Below are positions 52,993 through 62,691 of a DNA stretch of 64,000 bases, one piece after another. The stretch is from Candidatus Marinacidobacterales bacterium (lineage in GTDB: Bacteria; Acidobacteriota; Vicinamibacteria; Marinacidobacterales; DATDRI01). Location of the stretch: positions 4,672,001-4,736,000 of the forward strand of contig CBDCNP010000002.1 of NCBI GenBank assembly GCA_965219415.1, read 5' to 3'. Positions within the stretch are counted from its first letter, which is position 1; each line of letters starts with the position of its first letter. A program made the translations under genes and the position numbers. Below the pieces are notes generated by a model. That model ran no database searches. It was not told where the DNA came from and worked only from the letters and a program-made list of their open reading frames with translations.

Positions 52993-54338
52993 TGTGCATC
53001 ATCAATATCCGTCCGCTCCTGAAATCAAGGATTTACGCACCGTTCACGCCTCGGCCAACGAGCGCATCTCCCGCTTGAGATCCCGGTCTTGAGACGGCAA
53101 ACTCTGCCGCCATGCTCCGTGTCCTCATCTTTCTCGTCTCACTCGGCGCCCGTGCGATCCGGGCGATGTGTCGGTGCCGAGCCGACCTCGTGATTGAAAA
53201 CCTGGCCCTGCGGCAGCAAGTTACGGCGTTGAAGAAGGAGCGCCCCCGGCCACCGCTCGAGGACACGGACCGAGCATTCTGGGTTGCGCTCCGAAGCTCG
53301 TGGCCAGCGTGGGCGAGCCGGCTCGTTATCGTGAACGCCGACACGGTCGCCCGGTGGAATCGAGATCGGTTCCGCCGATACTGGGCTCGGATCTCCCGTC
53401 CGCGCTATCCAGGTCGACCTCGGATTGATGCCGAGATTCGTCGTCTCGTCCGCACGATGGCCCAAGACGGCTGGGGTGCACCTCGTATCCACGCTGAGCT
53501 GACGAAGCTCGGATTCGTTGTCAGCGAGATGACGGTGTCGCGATACATGCCGCGCCGCCGAGCCGAACCCGACGAAGTGAAGCGATGGATTGCGTTCTTG
53601 CGGAACCACAAGGACGACATCGCCGCGATGGATCTGTTCGCCGTACCGACGGCGTCGCTACGGCTGCTGTACGGCTTCTTCGTCATCGAGCACGGCCGTC
53701 GCCATATCTCGCACTTCAACGCGACGTACAACCCCACGTCAGCGTGGGTGATTCAACAACTGCGCGAGGCGTTCCCATACGACACGGCACCACGATACTT
53801 GGTCTTTGACCGCGACGCGATTTTCAGCCCTGCAGTGGTGGAGTTCATCAGGGCCATGGGCACAAAGCCTGTTCGCATTTCTTATCGCAGCCCTTGGCAA
53901 AACGGTACCGCCGAACGCTGGATCGGAAACTGCCGCCGCGAGATGTTAGAGCGTGTAGTTGTCCTCAGTGAGCGGCATCTCGTCCGGCTCATGCGCTTGT
54001 ACATCAGCTACTACCACGAGGACCGTTGCCACTTAGGTCTCGACAAAGACACCCCGAACTCAAGACCCGTCACGCCCCGACCATCACCGACCGCAAAAGT
54101 CGTCGCGTTGCCGCGAGTGGGTGGGCTCCACCACCGCTACGAATGGCGCGACGCCGCCTGAGCCAGTTTAGTCGCTGCGCGTCGATTGCTGGGGTCCCTC
54201 GCGATTGTGTTGTCCAGCTCCGCGACCCATTGATCGCGTGATCTCGGCAAGTGCCCCCGCGCGCCGACCCGGGTTTCTTCGTTCGTCGTAGGGCCACCAG
54301 CGGTACCATTCCCGCTGGATCAATAATGATGAAGGACA
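52993..54338 (+). mobile_element. Diverged integrase element D variant
   Basis: Ends TGTGCATCATCA / TGATGAAGGACA. Confidence 0.88.
53112..54161 (+). CDS. Integrase-core DDE transposase (variant)
   Basis: 349 aa, same DDE motifs. Confidence 0.92.
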   Translation: MLRVLIFLVSLGARAIRAMCRCRADLVIENLALRQQVTALKKERPRPPLEDTDRAFWVALRSSWPAWASRLVIVNADTVARWNRDRFRRYWARISRPRYPGRPRIDAEIRRLVRTMAQDGWGAPRIHAELTKLGFVVSEMTVSRYMPRRRAEPDEVKRWIAFLRNHKDDIAAMDLFAVPTASLRLLYGFFVIEHGRRHISHFNATYNPTSAWVIQQLREAFPYDTAPRYLVFDRDAIFSPAVVEFIRAMGTKPVRISYRSPWQNGTAERWIGNCRREMLERVVVLSERHLVRLMRLYISYYHEDRCHLGLDKDTPNSRPVTPRPSPTAKVVALPRVGGLHHRYEWRDAA

Positions 54339-55876
54339 GCCATGAAGGCATAGCCGATGGCCTTGCGCACGCGGGCCGTTGAGATGGCGTCTTCGATGGC
54401 AATCTCCTCATAGGTTTTGCCCGCTTTGATTCGGTCAAGCCAGGAGAGGGCATTGGCGATATTGCGCAGGAGGGTGCGGTCAACGGATTTCGTGGGGTTG
54501 CCCAGAACGAGCTTGGTCTCGACGCCGCGTCGACGCAAGCGGAACGGTGCGTGGATGCGGAGTGCATCCTCGCGAATGCGGTCGGGTCCCATAGACAGGC
54601 AATCAGCGAACGTATTGCGGTCGAGCAGGATGGACACAGAGCCTGGGCTGATATCGACCCGCCGGATGAAACGGAGCAGGCTGGCTGCCGAGGCACTATC
54701 ATCATTACTACCGGAACACAGCCCGTCTAAAAAGCGACGCACCGAGGCGAGCTCTTGCATCGTCGGAGTGTGGATCAACGAGGCCGAGAAGGTCGTGGCA
54801 TCCACATGCTGTCGGATGAGATGCACGACGGTCTGTTCCAGCATCGGGGCGGGCAGTCGCCAGCCGGAGAGGTCCTTTTGGCCACTGTGCTGGATGAGGC
54901 GCCGGGAGACGTAGTAGCGGAGCCGTTGCCCGTTTTTCTTTTTGGTGTGGCTCGGCGTCAGCCGGTCCCCGGTCTCATCGAAGAGCTTGCCTGCCAGTGG
55001 GGAACGGGTTGCACGGCCCTTCGTCGTGCGTCTCCTTGGTTTGGCAGCCCCTGCCTGCAGCTGCGTTTGAACCGCGTCCCAGAGCTCCGGAGCAATGATC
55101 GATGGATGCTGGCCCTCGTAGACACGCCTCTGGTGCCGGATGCGGCCGGCGTAGAGAGGATTGGTCAGCAGGCAGTGGAGGTGTCCGCGACGGAACGGCA
55201 GCCCGCCCGTTAGGGTTCCATCCGCGGCGAAGCGTCGCTTGGTGCGCAGTCCCAGACGGTCCGCGTCGGCCTTCACCTGCCGGAGCGTTCCGTGCTTTCG
55301 GTACAGCGCATAGAGCGTCCGGACCGTTTCGGCCTCAGCCTCGTTGATGCGCAGCGTGCGCTCGTCCTTCTCATAGCCGAGCGGTACGCGGCCGCCCATC
55401 CATAGTCCCTTGCGCTTGGAGGCAGCGACCTTATCGCGGATCCGCTCGGCCGTGACTTCTCGCTCGAATTGTGCGAAGGACAGCAGCATATGCAGCGTCA
55501 GTCGTCCCATGCTGGTCGCGGTGTTGAAGGACTGAGTCACCGAGACGAAAACCGCGCCGGCCGCCTCGAGTCGCTCGACGAGCTTTGCAAAGTCGGAGAG
55601 GGAACGGGTCAGCCGGTCGACCTTGTAGACCACAATCTGCTCGACGAGACCGGCATCGATGTCGGCGAGCAAGCGCTGTAGGCCCGGGCGCTCCAGGGTT
55701 CCTCCCGAGATCCCCGCGTCCTCGTAGACGGTTGGCAGCAGCACCCAGCCCTCCGCTTTCTGGCTTGCGACATACGCGGCGCAGGCCTCTCGCTGCGCAT
55801 CGAGGGAGTTGAAATCCTGTTCGAGACCCTCTTCAGCGCTCTTTCGGGTATAGATGGCGCAGCGGATTTTTGTCAT
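54339..55876 (-). CDS. Large serine recombinase, C-terminus clipped
   Basis: YTRKS, SGG..RPGL, DRLTRS, FERE..ERI, LTNPLYAG. Confidence 0.9.
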
Positions 55877-55877
55877 G

Positions 55878-56309
55878 TCAGGCCTTGCGCTTGGGCGTCA
55901 GACCGAAAAAGCGTGGTCCTGACCAGTGTGTGCCGGTGATTCGCTTTGTGATGGTGGTGAGGGACGGGTAGGTTTTGCCGTCGAACCGATAGCCGTTATC
56001 GAGTACCTCGACCTGGTAGGTGCGGCCATTCCACTCACGAATGAGATGGGTGCCGGCAGAAACGGACCCTGCGGGAGCAGAGTGTTTTGGTGTGCCGTTC
56101 GCCATGGCGGCCAGAGCGCGTCGGGTTGCAGCCGAATGCCCCCCATGGGTCCGGCATTGGCGTTCGTACGCAAGAACGCGGCGCAGGAGAGCGCGTGAGA
56201 GCGAGCTTGGTGGAGCGGACCCAAAGGTCTGCTCCCAGGCCCGCCGCAGGCTGGCGAGGTCCAAACCGTCCAGAACGACCCTCCGGCCAGCTCTTGTATC
56301 CTGCGGCAT
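55878..56309 (-). CDS. DUF2924 domain protein
   Basis: GTHLIREWNG..YPSLT..ITGTHWSGPRFFGL. Confidence 0.85.
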   Translation of the reverse strand: MPQDTRAGRRVVLDGLDLASLRRAWEQTFGSAPPSSLSRALLRRVLAYERQCRTHGGHSAATRRALAAMANGTPKHSAPAGSVSAGTHLIREWNGRTYQVEVLDNGYRFDGKTYPSLTTITKRITGTHWSGPRFFGLTPKRKA

Positions 56310-56819
56310 CACCGGACGTTCGCTCTTTTGCGCCGTAAAGTCCAGTCCAATGGGCGCTTCCGCGGGTGCGCAGTTCGCGGCCTGCAGCTCGTCCTGCAGC
56401 CGATTTGAGCCAGCCGTGCGTACCCCAGTGGGCCTGTCGCCCGCCACCCGCAGCCCAGGGGTCGGAAGCCAGCCCTGCGGCGCGAAATACCCTCGATTCT
56501 GCGCGGATTCCAAGGGCGTCTAAGCTGCTGATTTGTGGTCTATTTCAAAAGGGCCGAGTTTTGGCACAGGACGGGAAGGATGACGCGTTGTTCTTCCATC
56601 GGAGTTGGACCGGATTCTGCACATACGTCGTACGTTTCGCCGCAGACGGGGACACCTGGAGGATGATTCGGGCGGACATGAATCGAGACCGCCGGCAGTA
56701 CGGGGAGACGGATGACGACGGGGGTCTTCGATGGCAATCTCCTAAGCGCTGCACCTCAACCGACCGTTCCGCACGTCGAACGTACCAACTCCTTCAGACG
56801 GTCTCTTGTGCTGGACGAC

Positions 56820-57935
56820 TCAGGGGGTGGCGGGTCCGAGTTTTTCCGCCAGAAAAGCCAGCGTCGCAGCATCGCGGAGTCGACACACGACGTTCTGGTT
56901 CGCGAAGATCCCCGGCATCGTGTACGCATCGGATACGGAGACAGTCTGAACCCAGCGCACCGCTGCCAGCCACTCGCACTTCTCTGCATCGTCGGAGTTC
57001 TTCTTCAGGCCCGGCTGGTCGAGTTCTGCGTCGAGTATCGTACCGGTCTCCCCGATCTTAAACTCCTTTACCGGCACAGCCTTGGCCACGACCTCACCCA
57101 GTCCAACGTATCCCGCACCTTTCTGATACGCGTAGATCTTGTCTCCAGGCTGCAGCTTTCGTAGTGAGCTACTCCATTTATGCGCGCCGCCGGCCGACAC
57201 GAAACCGTATCGGCGGAAATCCTCCCAGCTTCGTGATTTTCCCTCGGCGACATTTACGTAGAAGTAACCGGTCCAGTCGCCCCGGATTCGATGACGCTGT
57301 GCAATGCTTTTCTCTCGGATCCGCACTTGGTAGTCGGCAGCTTCGGGCAACGGGATTATCTGCTGCACATCAAGTAGTACACGAGCTCCGAGTCGGTAGG
57401 GCGAAATTCGGATGCAGCGGATATCAAGGTCGCGCCCGCTCAACCACATCACGGCGGTCGTGAGCTCTCGAGAGAAGTCCTGGGCGACGAGCAGGACTCG
57501 AACATCTGAGGCGAAGCTCTCCTCGTCGACATCGTCCCATTCGAGAAAATCAAGAATCTCCTGCTCTGGGTCGGTGTCCTTGCCATCGAGTGTGAGGATT
57601 CCACGATAGGCTTCTACCGCTTGCGCGAAGGTCATTGTCGAGACCATTGCTGCGTACCGGAGCGCTTGCAATTCCATGTGGCCACCATCTTCGGTTCTCT
57701 TCAACTCAATCACCACCAGATTGGCTTTCCGGTCAAGGGCGAGCAGATCGATACGACGGCGACTCTCTTCCCAGTTCCCGTACTCTTCCGCGAGCACTAG
57801 CAAATCTGGGTCCAGAATATCGATTCGCGACCTGAAAATTTTTTGTAGGTTTTTCCTCTCCTTTACTTCCTCGGCGATGAAGGAGGTCTTCGGCAGCTGG
57901 ACGATTTGGTCTTTCTCAAGTTCGAAGATGCTCAC
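56820..57935 (-). CDS. NucS/EndoMS-like PD-(D/E)XK nuclease with C-terminal EVE/PUA-like domain
   Basis: RIDLLALD..VVIELKR..QALRY; C-terminal W..F..YGFVSAG..LQPGDKIYAY..GYVGLGEV. Confidence 0.7.
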   Translation of the reverse strand: MSIFELEKDQIVQLPKTSFIAEEVKERKNLQKIFRSRIDILDPDLLVLAEEYGNWEESRRRIDLLALDRKANLVVIELKRTEDGGHMELQALRYAAMVSTMTFAQAVEAYRGILTLDGKDTDPEQEILDFLEWDDVDEESFASDVRVLLVAQDFSRELTTAVMWLSGRDLDIRCIRISPYRLGARVLLDVQQIIPLPEAADYQVRIREKSIAQRHRIRGDWTGYFYVNVAEGKSRSWEDFRRYGFVSAGGAHKWSSSLRKLQPGDKIYAYQKGAGYVGLGEVVAKAVPVKEFKIGETGTILDAELDQPGLKKNSDDAEKCEWLAAVRWVQTVSVSDAYTMPGIFANQNVVCRLRDAATLAFLAEKLGPATP

Positions 57936-58662
57936 GAATCACCTCTACAAAACGCGATAACGCTGCCAAATTTGTCGAACCGCGCAGCCTGATGCAGGGC
58001 CGGAAGTGTGGGCCTGCGCAGTGAGCGTGGCCTCTTCCCCCCTTCGGGCGGCCTTTACTGCTCGCACGAGGTCTGCTCCTTCAGCGAATCGACTAGGCCG
58101 GACGGGTCGAGATTACCATAAGACTCGTTGTATTCCTTAAGGGTGACCATCCCGTCCTGTGCCAAAACTCGGTTCTTTTGAAATAGACCATCAATCAGGG
58201 TTGTGATCCGCAAAAAAGAAGATCGCGTATTGACGGGCAGACAGCCATGGGAGTTGAGGTCCTGCGAACTCGTCTTCGCCTCGGTGGAGGTTCTGCACTC
58301 TGTTGCTGCCGGGCCACCGACGCAATAACGTGCTCGAGAAAGAACGCTTTGTTCCCCGTCCTGTGCCAAAACTCGGTCCTTTTGAAATAGACCATAAATC
58401 AGCAGCTTAGTGTCTGTGTTTGCGACCGGGCCAAGGGCCGTGGGCTTTACAATCGTCTGGCCCGAGGGTGTTATCTTCAGATCCATGATGACGTACCACT
58501 CGTCGTCGCGAAACGGCCAATCCTGGCAGGTCTAAACCGCGGAATCAGTGACGGATCGAGTTTTTGCGGAGCACAGGTGTTTCAATATCGATAAACCACC
58601 CCGGTCTTTCCCGCTCGAGCAAGACTTTCGTACCCGCTATGAGAATGCGTTATGCTGATACC

Positions 58663-58899
58663 ATGGCGAGGCTCCGAGGACGCACCAAGCTCGCCAGGCT
58701 GATGGTCAACCTGGACCGCCCGACCTACGCTTCCCTAGTCGAAGTCGCCAAACGGGAGGATGTATCGGTCTCATGGGTGGTCCGCTACGCCATAGAGGCG
58801 CTTCTCGAACGGGATGGTACGACCGCTGTCGGACCAGCGCTCGCGTCGACGATAGACCAAGGCAACCGGATCAGTTTCGGCGATATCGCGCCACAATGA
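58663..58899 (+). CDS. RHH/CopG regulator of the RM operon
   Basis: RLMVNLD..LVEVAKREDVSVSWVVRYAI; ATGA overlap with the MTase. Confidence 0.75.
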   Translation: MARLRGRTKLARLMVNLDRPTYASLVEVAKREDVSVSWVVRYAIEALLERDGTTAVGPALASTIDQGNRISFGDIAPQ

Positions 58900-61088
58900 G
58901 CATCGAACGGAGGTTCGACGTTTCGCTCATCGCGCAAATGGCGCTCCGGGAGAAGCAGATCCAGCAAAACTACCGCCCCATCATCGGTGTTCACAAGTGG
59001 TTCGCCCGCCGTCCGGGAACCTTGTTTCGTGGCCTCATCCTCGCGGAATTCAGCGACGACTACCTGGAACAAGCCTTTTTCCAATCGAATGACTTTCCCG
59101 GCCTGCGGATCGTCGACCCTTTCATCGGTGGTGGCACGCCACTGATCGAGGCAAACCGCGTTGGCTGCAACGTCGAAGGCTTCGACGTCAACCCTATGTC
59201 CGCCTGGATCGTCCGCGAGGAGATCGAGCACCTCGACATTGGCGCCTACGAACGGGCGGCGAACGCCCTCATCGCCGCACTCCGTGCCGAGGTCGACCGC
59301 TACTACAGGACTTCCTGCCCCCTCTACGGCGACGAGAATGTACCTGTCAAATCCTTTCTCTGGGTCAAGGTACTCGACTGCGAAGCCTGCGATTCGTCCT
59401 TCGATTTGTTTCCAGGGTACCTGCTGGCGGAGAATCGCCGGCATCCGAAGAACGTCCTAGTCTGCCCTGCATGTGGTGATCTCAACGAAGTCGAAGATCG
59501 GAAGAACCCCGGAAGTTGCACGACCTGCGAGGCCGCACTCCACCAGGCCGGACCTGCTCGCCGCAGACGATGCGATTGTCCGCACTGTGGCCATACCAAC
59601 GCCTATCCCGGTAAAAGAAAGACCCCACTCGACCACCGCCTCTTCGCGATCGAGTACTACAACCCTGAACGGAAGGCCGAGCACAAGGGCCGTTTTTTCA
59701 AAAAGCCCGATGCAGAGGACATCGCCCGCGTGTCTGCCGCGACGAGGCAATGGGAGCAGATGGCGGCTCGCTTCGTGCCAAAACAGCACATCCCGGCTGG
59801 CGACGAAACGGCTCGCCTGCATCGATGGGGCTATTCCAGCTATCGCGAGATGTTCAATCCGCGTCAGCTCCTCGGCTTGGAACTGAGCTGCCGACTGATT
59901 GCCGGGACCAAAGATGAGCGCATCCGCCATGCGCTCGCTACCAACCTTTCCGACCTTCTGCGCTACCAAAACTTGCTGTGCCGCTACGACACGATGGCAC
60001 TCAAATCACTGGACATCTTTTCGGTCCACGGCTTCCCCGTCGGCTTAGTGCAGTGCGAGTCCAACCTGCTGGGGATTGTCAACAGCACCGGGTCGAATGT
60101 CGGCTCCGGCGGTTGGTCCAACATCGTGGCCAAGTATGTCAAGGCTAAACGCTATTGCGAGGCGCCTTACGAGGTCCGGCACACGGGCTCGCGCAAGGTC
60201 CGGGTTGCGATTGAAGGCGAACGGATCGGCGGGAGTCTCAACGGAGACCGTCGCCGCGTAGCCATCCGTTGCAAGAGCGCGACCAAGACTAGGTTTGCGG
60301 CCAATAGCCTCGACGCCGTGTTTACCGACCCGCCTTACTTCGACAACGTGCAGTACGGAGAGTTGATGGACTTCTGCTATGTCTGGCTACGGCGCCTCGT
60401 CGGGAAGGAATCCGAGGGTTTCGACCGACTGTCGACACGATCACCGGACGAGTTGACGGGCAACGTCACCCAAGAACGTAGCCTCGAGCATTTCACCGAA
60501 GGGCTATCCGAGGTCTATTCCCGCATGGCTCGAGCCCTGAAACCGGGCGCACCCCTCGTCTTCACCTACCATCACAACAGGCTCGACGCCTATTGTGCCG
60601 TCGGTGTGGCGATCCTGGACGCCGGCCTTGTCTGCTCCGCATCCTTGCCTTGTCCCGCGGAAATGGGCGGCTCGATCCACATTCACGGAACGATGTCGTC
60701 GATCGTCGACACCGTGTTCGTCTGCCGGGTATCCGGCGAGACGCCCGAGAAGTGGCTATTCGACTCGCCCGAGCGACTGGTCGAGATCGTCAGCGAGGAT
60801 CTCGCGCAATTGTCGACCGCTGGCAGGAGGGGCACCTACGGCGACACCCGTTGCATCGTTTTAGGCCACCTAACCCGAATCGCCGTATGGCAGCTCCGGA
60901 CGGACTGGGATCGATCGAGATCGACGGCAGAGAAGATCGTCGCATTGCGCGACACAATGAATGGATACGGGGACCCCGATGAGCTTGCGCGACTGGCGGC
61001 AACCGCCGAACCACCCGGAGACTTGCCGCTGTTCGCGCCGATAGCGACCCGGCCGGAGGAAGGAATTCAGAGTGCCGTTTCCTTTTGA
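58896..61088 (+). CDS. DUF1156-like adenine MTase with Zn ribbons
   Basis: HKWFARR, DPFIGGG, four CxxC pairs, TDPPY. Confidence 0.88.
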   Translation: MSIERRFDVSLIAQMALREKQIQQNYRPIIGVHKWFARRPGTLFRGLILAEFSDDYLEQAFFQSNDFPGLRIVDPFIGGGTPLIEANRVGCNVEGFDVNPMSAWIVREEIEHLDIGAYERAANALIAALRAEVDRYYRTSCPLYGDENVPVKSFLWVKVLDCEACDSSFDLFPGYLLAENRRHPKNVLVCPACGDLNEVEDRKNPGSCTTCEAALHQAGPARRRRCDCPHCGHTNAYPGKRKTPLDHRLFAIEYYNPERKAEHKGRFFKKPDAEDIARVSAATRQWEQMAARFVPKQHIPAGDETARLHRWGYSSYREMFNPRQLLGLELSCRLIAGTKDERIRHALATNLSDLLRYQNLLCRYDTMALKSLDIFSVHGFPVGLVQCESNLLGIVNSTGSNVGSGGWSNIVAKYVKAKRYCEAPYEVRHTGSRKVRVAIEGERIGGSLNGDRRRVAIRCKSATKTRFAANSLDAVFTDPPYFDNVQYGELMDFCYVWLRRLVGKESEGFDRLSTRSPDELTGNVTQERSLEHFTEGLSEVYSRMARALKPGAPLVFTYHHNRLDAYCAVGVAILDAGLVCSASLPCPAEMGGSIHIHGTMSSIVDTVFVCRVSGETPEKWLFDSPERLVEIVSEDLAQLSTAGRRGTYGDTRCIVLGHLTRIAVWQLRTDWDRSRSTAEKIVALRDTMNGYGDPDELARLAATAEPPGDLPLFAPIATRPEEGIQSAVSF

Positions 61089-62100
61089 GGTCACTTTCGA
61101 CCAGCTCCAATCTGATCTCGACACCTATGTCGACGCTGTCTTCCGCTGTCTCGAGTCCGAGTTTCTCGTCATGCCCAAGGGCGAAGGGTTCGTCGAATTC
61201 CCAGCATTTGAGAACGGATACGAAGCCCTGAAGCGCGCCACCGGGAGCTTCCGCAACGTTACACCCGACACTATCACTCCGGTCATCGTCCAAACACCGA
61301 TCGCCCTTATCGTCCTTCGTTGCATGCTGGGCTTCACGCCACCGGAGTGGGCCTACTACGCCAGCCGGCACACCGGCGTCGAGGTGACACAGGGCGCGGC
61401 CCGCACGATCGACAGGAACATTCGCATGGACCCGGAAGCCCAATTGCCGAAGGGAGGTGTGACCGAACGGCGCATTCGCGCACTGATCACCGCCGCCTGC
61501 CACGCCCTGGAATCCGGTGTGCCGGAACAATCCTCCGATACCCTTCACAGGCTCGAAAAAGCCGACACCAAGGCCGGACTGGTCAGCGTTCGATCATCGG
61601 CCGACCTTGGAGTTCCCTATTCTATCCTGCTCTACGAACGTCTTCTCGGCCGTCCTTTTGCGGGCCATCGTGATTCCATCAGCGAGCTGATCGGCAACAT
61701 CGTCGAGAATGCTATCGAGGACGCACTTTCCCGCGCGGGCATCAGCTACCGGAAGACCAAGCGGGCGGAGCGCCTCCACGGATTCGATCAAGCACCCGAC
61801 TTCGTCGTCCCGAACGAATTCAATCCCCAAGTGGTCATCGAAGCGAAGCTAACCGAGGACGACGGCACCGCGCGCGATAAGGTGACCCGCGTCCAGCATC
61901 TCGGCTCGCTCAGCATGCAGGGCGAGCCTCCGAATCAACCCAGATTCGAAGTCGTCGCCTGCATCGCGGGACGCGGATTCGGCATCCGACGCCAAGACAT
62001 GAAAAAACTGCTCCTATCTACGCGCGGGAAGGTCTTCACGTTACAGAACATGTGTCAGCTGGTAGACCACACCCGTCTTGCCGAATTCCGCTCTCGGTAG
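61072..62100 (+). CDS. Putative type II restriction endonuclease
   Basis: APDFVVP..VIEAK..DDGTARDK; overlaps the MTase stop. Confidence 0.78.
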   Translation: MPFPFEVTFDQLQSDLDTYVDAVFRCLESEFLVMPKGEGFVEFPAFENGYEALKRATGSFRNVTPDTITPVIVQTPIALIVLRCMLGFTPPEWAYYASRHTGVEVTQGAARTIDRNIRMDPEAQLPKGGVTERRIRALITAACHALESGVPEQSSDTLHRLEKADTKAGLVSVRSSADLGVPYSILLYERLLGRPFAGHRDSISELIGNIVENAIEDALSRAGISYRKTKRAERLHGFDQAPDFVVPNEFNPQVVIEAKLTEDDGTARDKVTRVQHLGSLSMQGEPPNQPRFEVVACIAGRGFGIRRQDMKKLLLSTRGKVFTLQNMCQLVDHTRLAEFRSR

Positions 62101-62375
62101 CTAGCCCGATGCATCGACGGCTACCAACGTCTGAGCGAGGTTCTCGAACACGCGGAGGTTGCCGCCTGATATGATACTCTGATGACGGAGTGGAGGGTGC
62201 CGTTCTTTTTCCACGAACCTCGGGACACATCCGACATGCGGGATTGAGACATCTGCGATTCTTCACTTCGGCTCGGCCCTGACGATGAGAGAACTGTGTC
62301 TTCGGAATTCTGGTTCAAACTCTAGCACGCAGACGGGTTAGGGGTTGGCCGCCAACACTTAACTGCGGAAGCACC
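62101..62375. mobile_element. IS256-like 3' remnant (to 62231) and IS1-family left end (to 62375)
   Basis: RCIDGYQRL..AA stop then CACGAACCTCGGGACACATC (also at 24139); remainder matches 14062-14205 inverted. Confidence 0.7.
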
Positions 62376-62691
62376 CTGTGGTGGCATCACTGAGTGAAGT
62401 GGAAATGTGAGAAGCTTCCGGATGGATCAGTACTGGTCAGGCCGCCGACCTCGGCCCCGATCTCTTCGGAGAAGAAAGTGCTGAATTGGCCAAGGCCCAT
62501 GCCGCCGTTGAGCAAAGGGTCGTCATAAGCGCGCGCGGTGGGCTGCGCCTGCCTGAAGTGCAACGCCGCTTCATCTGGCATTCGACCCGCATCGGCGACC
62601 TGCTCGCATCGCGCTACCGTAGCGATTCTGGTCGTTTCCCCACGAAACCGTACCTGCAATTAGCGCCCCCTCGACTCGAGACGGAAAGCCC

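Larger units (their letters stand above)
52583..56574. mobile_element. C...B-bounded transposon carrying truncated transposase, nested D-variant, serine recombinase and DUF2924
   Basis: C end at 52583, inverted B end at 56574; same end pair as four mini-elements. Confidence 0.65.

Noticed and set aside
54339-56309. Prophage or ICE integrase
   Set aside because: No phage structural or conjugation genes in the window
56575-56720. FHRSWTG-motif gene
   Set aside because: Only a short fragment cut by a B end; cannot assign a product
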